A stretch of 63,705 nt of DNA, counting the filler, from Octopus bimaculoides (taxonomy: Eukaryota): NCBI RefSeq assembly GCF_001194135.2. It is 3 parts of 3 records of this genome, joined end to end, with 100 filler letters (N's around TTAATTAATTAA, not from the genome) between each part and the next. Parts side by side here need not be neighbours in the genome. Positions count along the whole stretch, not along the records: positions 1 to 25,568 come from NC_068989.1; 2 more parts are not named here. The stretch is one strand, 5' to 3'. The notes beneath the pieces were generated by a model. It was given only the letters and a program-made list of their open reading frames with translations. It had not been told where the DNA came from and did not search any database. The position numbers were made by a program, and so were the translations under genes. Shown here piece after piece: positions 12,296 to 22,000 of this stretch. Position 1 is the stretch's first letter; each line of letters begins with the position of its first letter.

Positions 12296-12495
12296 AAGAA
12301 GCTTGCTTCCCAACCACATGGTTCCGGGTTCAGTCCCAGCAAGAGATTGTTAAACATGTTTATGGGAAGAAAGCTATTGAAGAACATCAATACGTCAAAA
12401 TGACAAACAAATGAGGAGGGTACCAGGTGGTTGTGAGATGTGCTAAAAATAACAGTTAAATAGCCCTTAAATCATGCAAAAAACTTTGTTTTTTT

Positions 12496-12975
12496 GCTGA
12501 ACATTAGAAGCATCTCTTGAGAGAAAAGCTGAACATTAGAAGCATCAGTTGTGGCGTGCAAGAGAGACGATTGCACTGGTATGGACATGTGGTGAGAATG
12601 GATGAGGATAGCTGCGTGAAAAAGTGCCACACCCTAACAGTTGAGGGAACCCGTGGAAGAGGTAGGCCCAGGAAGACCTGGGCTGAGGTGGTGAGGCAAG
12701 ACCTTCGTACATTGGGCCTCACCGAGGCGATGACTACTGACCGAGACCTTTGGAAATGTGCTGTGCGTGAGAAGACCCGGCAAGCCAAGTAAGATCGTTG
12801 CCAGTGCCCCTGGACTGGTTCTTGTGCGGGTGGCACATGAGATGCACCATTTTGAGTGTGGCCGTTGCCAGTACCGCCTGACTGGAGCCTGGTGTTGCCA
12901 TCCGGTTTCACCAGTCCTCAGTCAAATCGTCCAACCCATGCTAGCATGGAAAGCGGACGTTAAATGATGATGATG
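12496..12975 (+). mobile_element. 3' end of RTE LINE (ORF C-terminus, 3' UTR, (GAT)n tail)
   Basis: RRLHWYGHVVRM...GRGRPRKTW...DRDLWK C-terminal motif, with a tail CATGCTAGCATGGAAAGCGGACGTTAAATGATGATG. A 19-bp direct duplication (12496-12514 / 12528-12546) sits at the 5' junction. Confidence 0.9.
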
Positions 12976-14229
12976 TATGAATATCTGTGTGTAGAATACG
13001 AATTCACAAAAATTCCACCTGATTCTCTTCTTGATGCATTTATGCACCATGTCATTAAGAAATTATTAAAATTAATCATTACTCATTTTGCCTCAATTTA
13101 GACTTTTTTGAAAATTGAAGATTATCAAATTGGACATTAAAGTGGGAAAAATTAATGTGCAATCCAACAGAGAAAAAAATATATCTAGATATTTATTGGC
13201 AACTTCAAGTACTATTGGGTCAAAGTTGAGGAAACATTTCATGAAAAAAAGTACCTGTTACCTGACTTTCAAACTCTCACTAATGCAACAGCATCTATGG
13301 TGACTAATGTTTACTTCCAAAAATAATGCAACAGTATAAAATAGTAATGTAATGGTTTCAAACAAGTAGTAAAAAATTAATGAGAAAATGGTAATTTCTC
13401 ATTTTGCCCTGGTTACTAATTCTACCCCGACAAAAAATATTGAAAAAGAAAGAAAGAAAAAGATTTGATTTAATGAAAAACTTGTGAACACAAATGCAAT
13501 AATTGTAAAACTGAAAAATAAAAAATGCTCTGAGCTGTTGAGAGATGTAATTTGATAATTAAAACAAAATTCGAAATTTAAATCTTGGAACATTCCTTAC
13601 TTGTCCTTTTGTAAAATAAGACCAGTTTTTCAATGCCTCATTGAAATAATGAAGTTCACAAGTAGCAATTTATGTGTGTGTTGCCATAGGTCATTGCTCA
13701 GTCATGCATTGAAACAAGGAATTTGAACTACTTTCTTTCAATCTATTTTTTTATATACATTCATACATGCAAACATACATTTTCAGGAGTGGTAGATTGT
13801 TTTCCTTTTCTCTGTCATAGTGACACCAATCCTCAGAAAGAAATTGTATGGAGACTTATGTCGCTAAAGTAGAAAAAATTTAGCTATTTTTGGGACTGGT
13901 AACAAACTGGGTTTTTTTTGTAATTGTTGCTAAAATGGAAAAGTTTATGGTTATTTATCATTAAAGAGATTCTATTACATTTTTAAAAGAATTTGAGATG
14001 TTTATAATTTGAAAGACAGCCTCTTCATACAAGATTGACAAGACGTTAAAGGAACTCCTTGTAATGCACCATATCCTTCATAGAAAGGGGTTCCCAGGGC
14101 AATTGCACCCTTGGCACCTCCATAAATCTGACCCTGCTCGTGTACAGGCATATTGAAGTGCAGCTTGGAGGGATACCCAGCCACCTTCAGAGATACTTGT
14201 TTATGTTTCTCCCCACTTTTTCTACTCTT

Positions 14230-14700
14230 ATTTTTGGAATCTCATACAGTTGGGAGCACTCGGTGTTGGTAGAGCCATGCCTTGTATTTTCCTGGTAGCC
14301 CTGATCTTTCTATCCTCAGCATTTCTGTGTGTTTCACAGTATTGTGACATTGATTCTGTATTTGATTGGATTGTTTCTCTATTGATGAAATAAACCTTTC
14401 CTTGCACTTGCAGTTTGACCCTGTTTGTTATTTTGCCTACCCTGATCACCATACTCAGATTTTTCATGCTTAAACTTCATTCTAACCCGTGTCGGCATGT
14501 ATTCAAGTGAAATCAGCACCCGTTCCAACTGCATAGGAGTTGTGGTTGTCACTGTAGGATCATCCATGAAATACCTTTTAGGACATTGTTGGCTACATTT
14601 ATCTGTTGTTGGTCCTTGGACTTCTTATTCAGCAGATGTTATAAGGAAGTTCATTCCTATGATGAAAAGGATGGAGGAAATTGTGGCTGAGCTGCTGTGA
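14230..14700 (-). mobile_element. RT fragment of an early-branching (RLE-type, HERO-like) non-LTR retrotransposon
   Basis: The minus strand reads TISSILFIIGMN...PKRYFMDDPTVTTT...RMKFKHEKS then SMVIRVGKIT..VKLQVQG, resembling my recollection of HERO-clade RT domains 4-7. Stops and frameshifts are present. Confidence 0.7.
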
Positions 14701-15323
14701 AATGTCATCATTATTATTTAACTTAAACTCTTCTATGCTTGCATGGGTTAGATGGGGCTTGTTGAGGAAGATTTTCTACAGTTGGATACCCTTCTTGTTG
14801 CCAACCCTCACCTGTGTGTGTAAACATATATGCACATCTGTGTGTGCATGCCTTGGAGTATATGTATTTATGTTTCCTTGTTCATAACTCTAGTAAACAT
14901 ATGGTGCACCCCATGTTCTATTTATTGTTTGGTGAAGAGTGAGGGAGTGCAATGAAAATCAAATGGAACATATCTGGCTCTGTATGGGAAGTATCTGTAC
15001 TAACTTATTTCAGCTAGAAAAAAGTAATTTGCCTGCCCCTCCACCAAAACTCTCTTTGACTACCTCAGGAGTGAGCAAATAGCAATGGTGTGAGCAGAAT
15101 TGTAATAAAGGTAATTACAGTATCCCATAAAATATTCAAAACATTAGATAGTAACTGGTATCGTGGCTGTTACATAATAAGGACTGGTGGAGAAATAGAA
15201 GGAACATTTATAATGCCTGACAATATATTACCTGTTAAAATAACATAATTAATGCTGACCATTTCAAAAGATATCCTAGCCACATCATGATAGCTTCTTT
15301 GGAATTCACGTTGATATGGTACA

Positions 15324-15900
15324 ATATCTGTGACAAATCATTTACTCAAAGAAGTAATTTAACTAAACACAATGTTATTCATACAGGAGAAAAGCCTTAT
15401 CGCTGTAATAACTGTGGAAAGTTATTCTCCTCAAATGCTAACTTAATTATTCACAAACGTGTTCATACTGGTGAAAAGCCATATCACTGTGATGTATGTG
15501 ATAAATCGTTTGCTCAAGCTACTGATTTAACTAAACATAAACGCATTCATACAGGTGAGAGACCATATCAATGTAATATTTGTGGTATATGTTTCTCTGC
15601 GTGTACTCAGTTAATCATTCATAAACATGTTCATACAGGAAGGAAACCATATCGTTGTGATATTTGTNNNNNNNNNNNNNNNNNNNNNNNNNNNNNNNNN
15701 NNNNNNNNNNNNNNNNNNNNNNNNNNNNNNNNNNNNNNNNNNNNNNNNNNNNNNNNNNNNNNNNNNNNNNNNNNNNNNNNNNNNNNNNNNNNNNNNNNNN
15801 NNNNNNNNNNNNNNNNNNNNNNNNNNNNNNNNNNNNNNNNNNNNNNNNNNNNNNNNNNNNNNNNNNNNNNNNNNNNNNNNNNNNNNNNACAAACCACCAA
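15324..15900 (+). pseudogene. Partial duplicate of the zinc-finger gene (fingers 4-8, possibly to finger 9)
   Basis: 15324-15667 matches 8412-8755 at 338/344 nt (constant offset 6912). After the gap, ACAAACCACCAA (15889-15900) matches 8870-8881. The copy begins mid-finger, lacking the first Cys, and its flanks are unrelated to the gene. Confidence 0.85.
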
Positions 15901-16243
15901 TGTTGTGAATTCTTGGCAGAGAGGAGGAAGAGGAGGAGAAGAAGAAGAAAAGAATGTATGAGTAGTATGATAGTAGTAGGATGTTAAATGGTCAAGTGCT
16001 TTGTTGTGGAAGGTAGTAATGATTGAATTCTAGAGATATCTCTTTTGAATGTATTGTTTTTAATATTTGCGTAGGTGTTATTCTAAACAGCAGTAGTAGT
16101 AAAGTAAGGAAGGAGAAGGGGAAGAAGAGAAAGAATAATAAAAGAATGCAGGAGTGGTATGATAGTAGTAGGATGTTAAATGGTCAAGTGATTTCTTAGC
16201 TGGTAGGAGTGGATTCATATCAGTAAGTAAAAGCCAACTAGAC

Positions 16244-16464
16244 TGTTATCTGGGTAAAATTGTGCCTAGAGGAAAGGGTACCACATGAACATTGTGTATA
16301 AATATCTAAGTTTTGCTGCTCCATGGGTAATCTCATGGCAGACTCTCTCTCCTGCATTCCAGGAGACCACCTTTCTCTCACAGTTCCTGTCATGTGCTGT
16401 TAATGCTTGGCAATGGAGATAACTTCCTATCTATAAAATCTGTAGCACATTTCCAAATATCACA
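16244..16464 (-). mobile_element. Putative 3' LTR of the Gypsy remnant
   Basis: On the minus strand the purine-rich GGAAATGAGATGGGTAGAGG (16484-16465) precedes TGTGAT, and the segment ends ATAACA at 16244 (TG...CA with short inverted ends). Confidence 0.5.
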
Positions 16465-16699
16465 CCTCTACCCATCTCATTTCCAAACATAGTCACTTAG
16501 GTAAGGTGGAAGTCAATAATGCCTATTGCTGCATCAAAGTTTGGCACCACTCGCTGACTTACATCTGTCAATGCATTTATAGGTTGTGTTTTGGCTCCTA
16601 GTTGATGGTTTGTGATTGGCAGGCCCAGATCCTCTTCATTACTATGACTTGTACTCCTCTGCCTTTCCTCCTTCAGGGCACACACGTGCTGGTCTGTCC

Positions 16700-17950
16700 A
16701 GACAGCGTTTCAACTTGGATGCATCACAGATGAGTTTCTGATTGGCCAGTGTCCCTGCGATCATCTAGCCTTTGATTTCAGTTACTGTGAATGGTTGGGC
16801 ATTGAAGGGAGGGTCAGTTGTTAAATTTCTCCTGTTTAATGAGCACCTGGTTGTCAACACGTATTTGGTGCTCTGTGGAATGGTTCCATCTATTAAAGTT
16901 TTTTTTCTTTGTTTAGCATCCGAATCATGCTGGATTGTGCATTGCTCCTGCTAATGCTGATTTCACGTGAGGCACATTGGTTGATACAGTGTGATTAAAC
17001 AAGCTCTTTCAGCTGGGCTGATACCAGTTGTACTGTGTAGAGTTGCAACAGAAAGTTGTGGACTGCATGTCTGGGGTCCTGTTCCTCAATGTAAGTAATG
17101 TGGGCTACTTTACCCAACATCTGCATAAAGGTTTTGGCAAGTCCATTGAGCTCAGATTGTTGTCGATCAATTCGCCTATGTATGAAATCTTGCCATTTGG
17201 CATATTTCCTGAATTCCTTTGACTGGAAAGTAGTGCTGGTGGGGGTGGGCAGCAGTCCATTATCATTTTCTATCACCCCTGGAATTCTATGGGTGCTTAA
17301 TACTCTATGAAGCTTTGGAATCAAAATGGTCCACTGAGATTGTTAAGAGGTAATGAGTGGCGGCTTTGGTAGTCGTAGGCATTGAATCGCCAAGCTTGTA
17401 CTTGACAACAAAATTTAAACCTTGTAGTTTTACCGGGCAATTGTTAATGTCTGCTGGTCTGTCATATCTTGGGTTGTTGTACAATAGGAGCGGCTGATGG
17501 TTAGTGATTAGAATACACTGTATCCCAATCCAGAAACATCTTATTGGCAAGAATTCTTGTTATGGTAGCAAGGCTCTTGCTTTTGACAAGGGAGTAGTTC
17601 TCTAATGGAAACTGATCAACTTGTGGAGTTGATAGGCCTTCATTTACTTGTTTGCGGGTAACGCTGCATAACTGTGGAAGCCACACCCTCTACATCTCTG
17701 TCTACTTTTAGTTGGGTTTCAAGTTCCGGCGAAAAAGCGCCCATAACTTTTCCATTTGCTGGGGCGTGTTTCTACTCTACTGCGGGCTCACAATCATGAG
17801 TCCAGTTAAATTTCTGCCCCCTTTTCAACAAGGTATGAAGCACAGCCGTTATGTCACTGAAAGTTTCTATGCCTGTGTGGCCGATGAAATATACGTTATA
17901 CTGACAAAATTTGCATAGGGAACCTCAGGACAGAAACTTTTCCTCTGCGT
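16700..17950 (-). mobile_element. Ty3/Gypsy pol remnant (RT end, RNase H, integrase)
   Basis: FSDITAVLHTLLKRGQKFNWTHDCE, then LITNHQPLLLYNNP...LQGLNFVVKYKLG, then ENDNG...FQSKEFRKYAK...ELNGLAKTF, then QPFTVTEIKG. The RT-RH-INT order is that of Gypsy. Many stops. Confidence 0.85.
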
Positions 17951-18003
17951 ATTCCAAAAGATCACCATTTACATTCCCCAACAGTTCATGTCATGCGCCT
18001 TAA

Positions 18004-19236
18004 GGGAGATAACTCCCTATCCATAAAACCCGTAGAAGATATAAAAATATGTCAGAATTTTAAGTAGATAAAACCCTTGAAAATCCCAGTCGAACAATAG
18101 TTTTGGTAGTTTGGTAGAAAGGTACAATATTTTGATTCATTGTTTACAACTAAAAACGGTAAGTTGATATAGATTTGGGTAATTTTTTATTTTACGTTTG
18201 TAAAATCAGTTTTTTTTATAACAGATATTTCCTTCAGTAGTTCCTAATGTTTGAAAAAGTGATTTCAGTCGAAGTTTGCCAACTGCGGAAGAATTCTGTT
18301 TTGTTGTTTATTTGACACTGTTAGTATTTATTTTTGTCTAGCCCCCAAGTCAATCCTGATCGAGTAGAACTGATGTCCAAAGACACTTGGCTGTCACCGA
18401 AGAAGGAAGCCAAAATCTTTTAAATAATAAGTTTTATAATTTTTTTTTTTCTGAATTGTAATTGCCGTTGCATGAAAAAAAGGAGTACTAAAAAAAAAAA
18501 CTAATTTCTTGCCCCTTTCCTTTCCATATGGAGTGTGATAGCTACAAAAAGATTACGGCATGGTGTGATTTGAGGAAGATTCGGCCGCTATTTCTTCAAC
18601 GCCGTGCCCCGTGCATAGTGCAGTGTTATGAATTATTATATCCTATCATTAATTGCTTTCTACAATAGTATTGAGTAGAAATGCGGCATAGTGTCGAATG
18701 ACCTTGATAGATGGATACTATCTTTACCTAATATTAAACAACGCGTCTTAATCGTTGGACAGCCGTGATTTAGACGGCAAGCAAAAATAAAGTTTGAACT
18801 GATTTATGACATGCAGAGAGTAAATTATATGGCCCGTGACAATGTTTAGCCCAGACCCTGCTCGACTCTGTAAAAAAAAAAAAAAACTTTAATAAAATAC
18901 ATCACTAGTGTGCAGTTTTATAATTCTATGTATTTTTCGGCGCTCCTTTAGTAACGCACCTTTCCAAGAAAATGAAATGCAATTAAAAAAAGAGTTTTGA
19001 AAATTGAAAATATATACAAAATAATGATGTATGCAAAAAATTACCAAAGATTCATCCATTTTAAAATATTTTATACTAAATAAACAAACGGAAAACTCGC
19101 GAATATAAACAAACATATCGGACGATACAAGGGGAGGTAATTTGCTTTTACCAATCGGGTATTATTAATGATACGAGGGACCCACTGAGTTATATGTTCT
19201 ATAATTTAACCGCTTCTTTTGCTAGTTATCTCCCCC
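18004..19236. mobile_element. Non-autonomous DNA transposon with TTAA flanks and GG termini (Kolobok-like)
   Basis: TTAA|GGGAGATAACT at 18000-18014 and AGTTATCTCCCCC|TTAA at 19224-19240. No coding capacity. A similar end, CTTATCTCCCCCTTAA, occurs at ~21957-21972. Confidence 0.55.
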
Positions 19237-20571
19237 TTAATATAACCATACTGAACAATCACCTTAAATGATATTACCCTTCATTTTCTTATACACACCG
19301 ATCCTAAAAAGGGGTTTTCTCCCCTTGAAATTTACACGTATTCTTTCGAATGGACTCTTAATATGTGCTCTACTGGAAACAGCTGAAACAGTGCAAACTT
19401 TCTCTCAAGCTTTTGTCTTCGGTCCAGATGGAGGATATGTAGACGGAACCCTTCCCCCCTTAATTAATTTTTTATTTTTACGGAATCCGACGTTTGAGGC
19501 TATGGAGATTCCGAATCTGAGAAAAAAAATTTCAAAAATCGCAACTTCGAAATTTCAATCCCCACCTCCCTATTTCTTCATTTTTCATTTTTCCCGGAAT
19601 TTTTTTTTGGCAAAATACGTACAAAAATACGGAGATTATGATTCTGAAAAAAAAAAAGATAGTGGACCTTTATGATTTGACGGGCAACATTTTTTTATGT
19701 AGTGTTTTTGGTACCGAAACACTTTCAAACTTCGTATACTTGTATATTTTGTGGTATAGAACAGATAANNNNNNNNNNNNNNNNNNNNNNNNNNNNNNNN
19801 NNNNNNNNNNNNNNNNNNNNNNNNNNNNNNNNNNNNNNNNNNNNNNNNNNNNNNNNNNNNNNNNNNNNNNNNNNNNNNNNNNNNNNNNNNNNNNNNNNNN
19901 NNNNNNNNNNNNNNNNNNNNNNNNNNNNNNNNNNNNNNNNNNNNNNNNNNNNNNNNNNNNNNNNNNNNNNNNNNNNNNNNNNNNNNNNNNNNNNNNNNNN
20001 NNNNNNNNNNNNNNNNNNNNNNNNNNNNNNNNNNNNNNNNNNNNNNNNNNNNNNNNNNNNNNNNNNNNNNNNNNNNNNNNNNNNNNNNNNNNNNNNNNNN
20101 NNNNNNNNNNNNNNNNNNNNNNNNNNNNNNNNNNNNNNNNNNNNNNNNNNNNNNNNNNNNNNNNNNNNNNNNNNNNNNNNNNNNNNNNNNNNNNNNNNNN
20201 NNNNNNNNNNNNNNNNNNNNNNNNNNNNNNNNNNNNNNNNNNNNNNNNNNNNNNNNNNNNNNNNNNNNNNNNNNNNNNNNNNNNNNNNNNNNNNNNNNNN
20301 NNNNNNNNNNNNNNNNNNNNNNNNNNNNNNNNNNNNNNNNNNNNNNNNNNNNNNNNNNNNNNNNNNNNNNNNNNNNNNNNNNNNNNNNNNNNNNNNNNNN
20401 NNNNNNNNNNNNNNNNNNNNNNNNNNNNNNNNNNNNNNNNNNNNNNNNNNNNNNNNNNNNNNNNNNNNNNNNNNNNNNNNNNNNNNNNNNNNNNNNNNNN
20501 NNNNNNNNNNNNNNNNNNNNNNNNNNNNNNNNNNNNNNNNNNNNNNNNNNNNNNNNNNNNNNNNNNNNNNN

Positions 20572-20812
20572 CGGGTGGCACATAAAAGACACCATTTCGA
20601 GCGTGGCCGTTTTCATGCGGGTGACACGTAAAAGCACCCACTACACTCTCTGAGTGGTTGGCGTTAGGAAGGGCATCCAGCTGTAGAAACTCTGCCAAAT
20701 TAGATTGGAGCCTGGTGTTGCTATCCGGTTTCACCAGTCCTCAGTCAAATCGTCCAACCCATGCTAGCATGGAAAGCGGACGTTAAACGATGATGATGAT
20801 GATAATGATGAT
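20572..20812 (+). mobile_element. RTE 3' UTR/tail fragment
   Basis: GGTTGGCGTTAGGAAGGGCATCCAGCTGTAG...CATGCTAGCATGGAAAGCGGACGTTAAACGATGATG, the same tail as 12915-12975. Confidence 0.85.
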
Positions 20813-21101
20813 GAAGTTATTTCACGTTAAAAATTGTCTTATTTCGATAATTTCAACTAATCACTGACGTCTATTCAGTTGAATACAGTTACTGCTGTGA
20901 CGGTGTATATGGTATTAATCCCCATTAGTTCTGACATTTCCGATTAACTAGACTGTTCGTAAACAACGGGGAAAAAGCCATCAAAATACTTGAATATTGC
21001 CTGTACTTGTTATTGGAACTGCCACAATTATTAATGCACCTCCACCAAGTGCTTCATTTCCTAGAAATAGCAGCCAAATCTTCTTCAAATCAAACTCTAG
21101 T

Positions 21102-21162
21102 TTAGGGTTAGGGTTCGGGTTTTAGAGTTAGGGTTGGGGTTAGGGTTATGAGTGAGGTTATG
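21102..21162 (+). repeat. Degenerate (TTAGGG)n-like tract
   Basis: TTAGGG TTAGGG TTCGGG TTTTAGAG TTAGGG TTGGGG TTAGGG TTATGA GTGAGG TTATGG. Confidence 0.75.
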
Positions 21163-22000
21163 GCAAAAATATACACACACAGATACGCACAGCGTACTTT
21201 ATTATATAAACAATATATGCGTATAAATTACGATTAAACCGGATGAAATATGTCACAGCGAATAACACTCTTAACACCGGTAAAAGTTATTGTTTATGAA
21301 AAGAGCACTGACTGTATTCAGCTGAATAGACGTCAGTGATTGGTTGAAATTACAGAAATACGACAACTTTAACATGAAATAACTTGCGATGTACAATTTT
21401 TTGTTAAGAAGGCTAAGAGAAAAAGTTGTTTTGTATGACACATTCTACCAGTGTCCCAAGTTTGAAAGTGTTTCGTTAAGAAAACAAGTGTTGGCCGTCA
21501 AATCACAAAGATCCAAGATTGTTTGTAAAAGTAAATCTCCATAGCCTAAAACTTTGGATTCCGTAAAAAAATTTTTTTTAAATTAAGAGGGGAAGGGTTC
21601 CGTTTACATATCCTCCATCTGGACCTTATACAGCATAGAGATAGGCAAACGCTGTCAGAAAATGAACAAATGATGTCTTTTTCACATTTTGTGTGTGGAC
21701 GTCTTGATCATAAGGATCAACAAAATGTTGGTGTCATCACCTTGTTCGTGTAGGTACCACCATTAAGGATACCGATGTTATATGCTCACCATCCATCGCT
21801 GACTATGTGAGACCCAGGCAAAATCCACCTTTGTACCAGCTCAGTTAAAGTTTCTTCTGTTCGGTTAGGTACTTTGGTTAGGTACTTCGATCAAAAAATA
21901 CTTTCTTGAGACTTTCTATGCCACCGATACTCAATGTCCCTTTGTGTCTTTTACTACTTATCTCCCCCTTAATTTTTATTTACTTTTTTTTTATATAACC

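Larger units (their letters stand above)
10234..12337 (+). mobile_element. Head of SINE family A split by an insertion (10234-10265 plus 12296-12337)
   Basis: Joining the halves gives AGGAGTGGCTGTGTGGTAAGAAGCYTGCTTCCCAACCACATGGTTCCGGGTTCAGTCCC, which matches intact copies such as 46477 and 50521 (A-box and B-box like). Confidence 0.9.
19421..21625. repeat. Large nested inverted-repeat structure (fold-back-like element or head-to-head copies)
   Basis: Three co-nested inverted pairs: 19421-19510/21534-21625, 19715-19732/21458-21475 (18 bp perfect) and 20814-20889/21311-21385 (~90%). Contains an 803-N gap. Confidence 0.8.
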
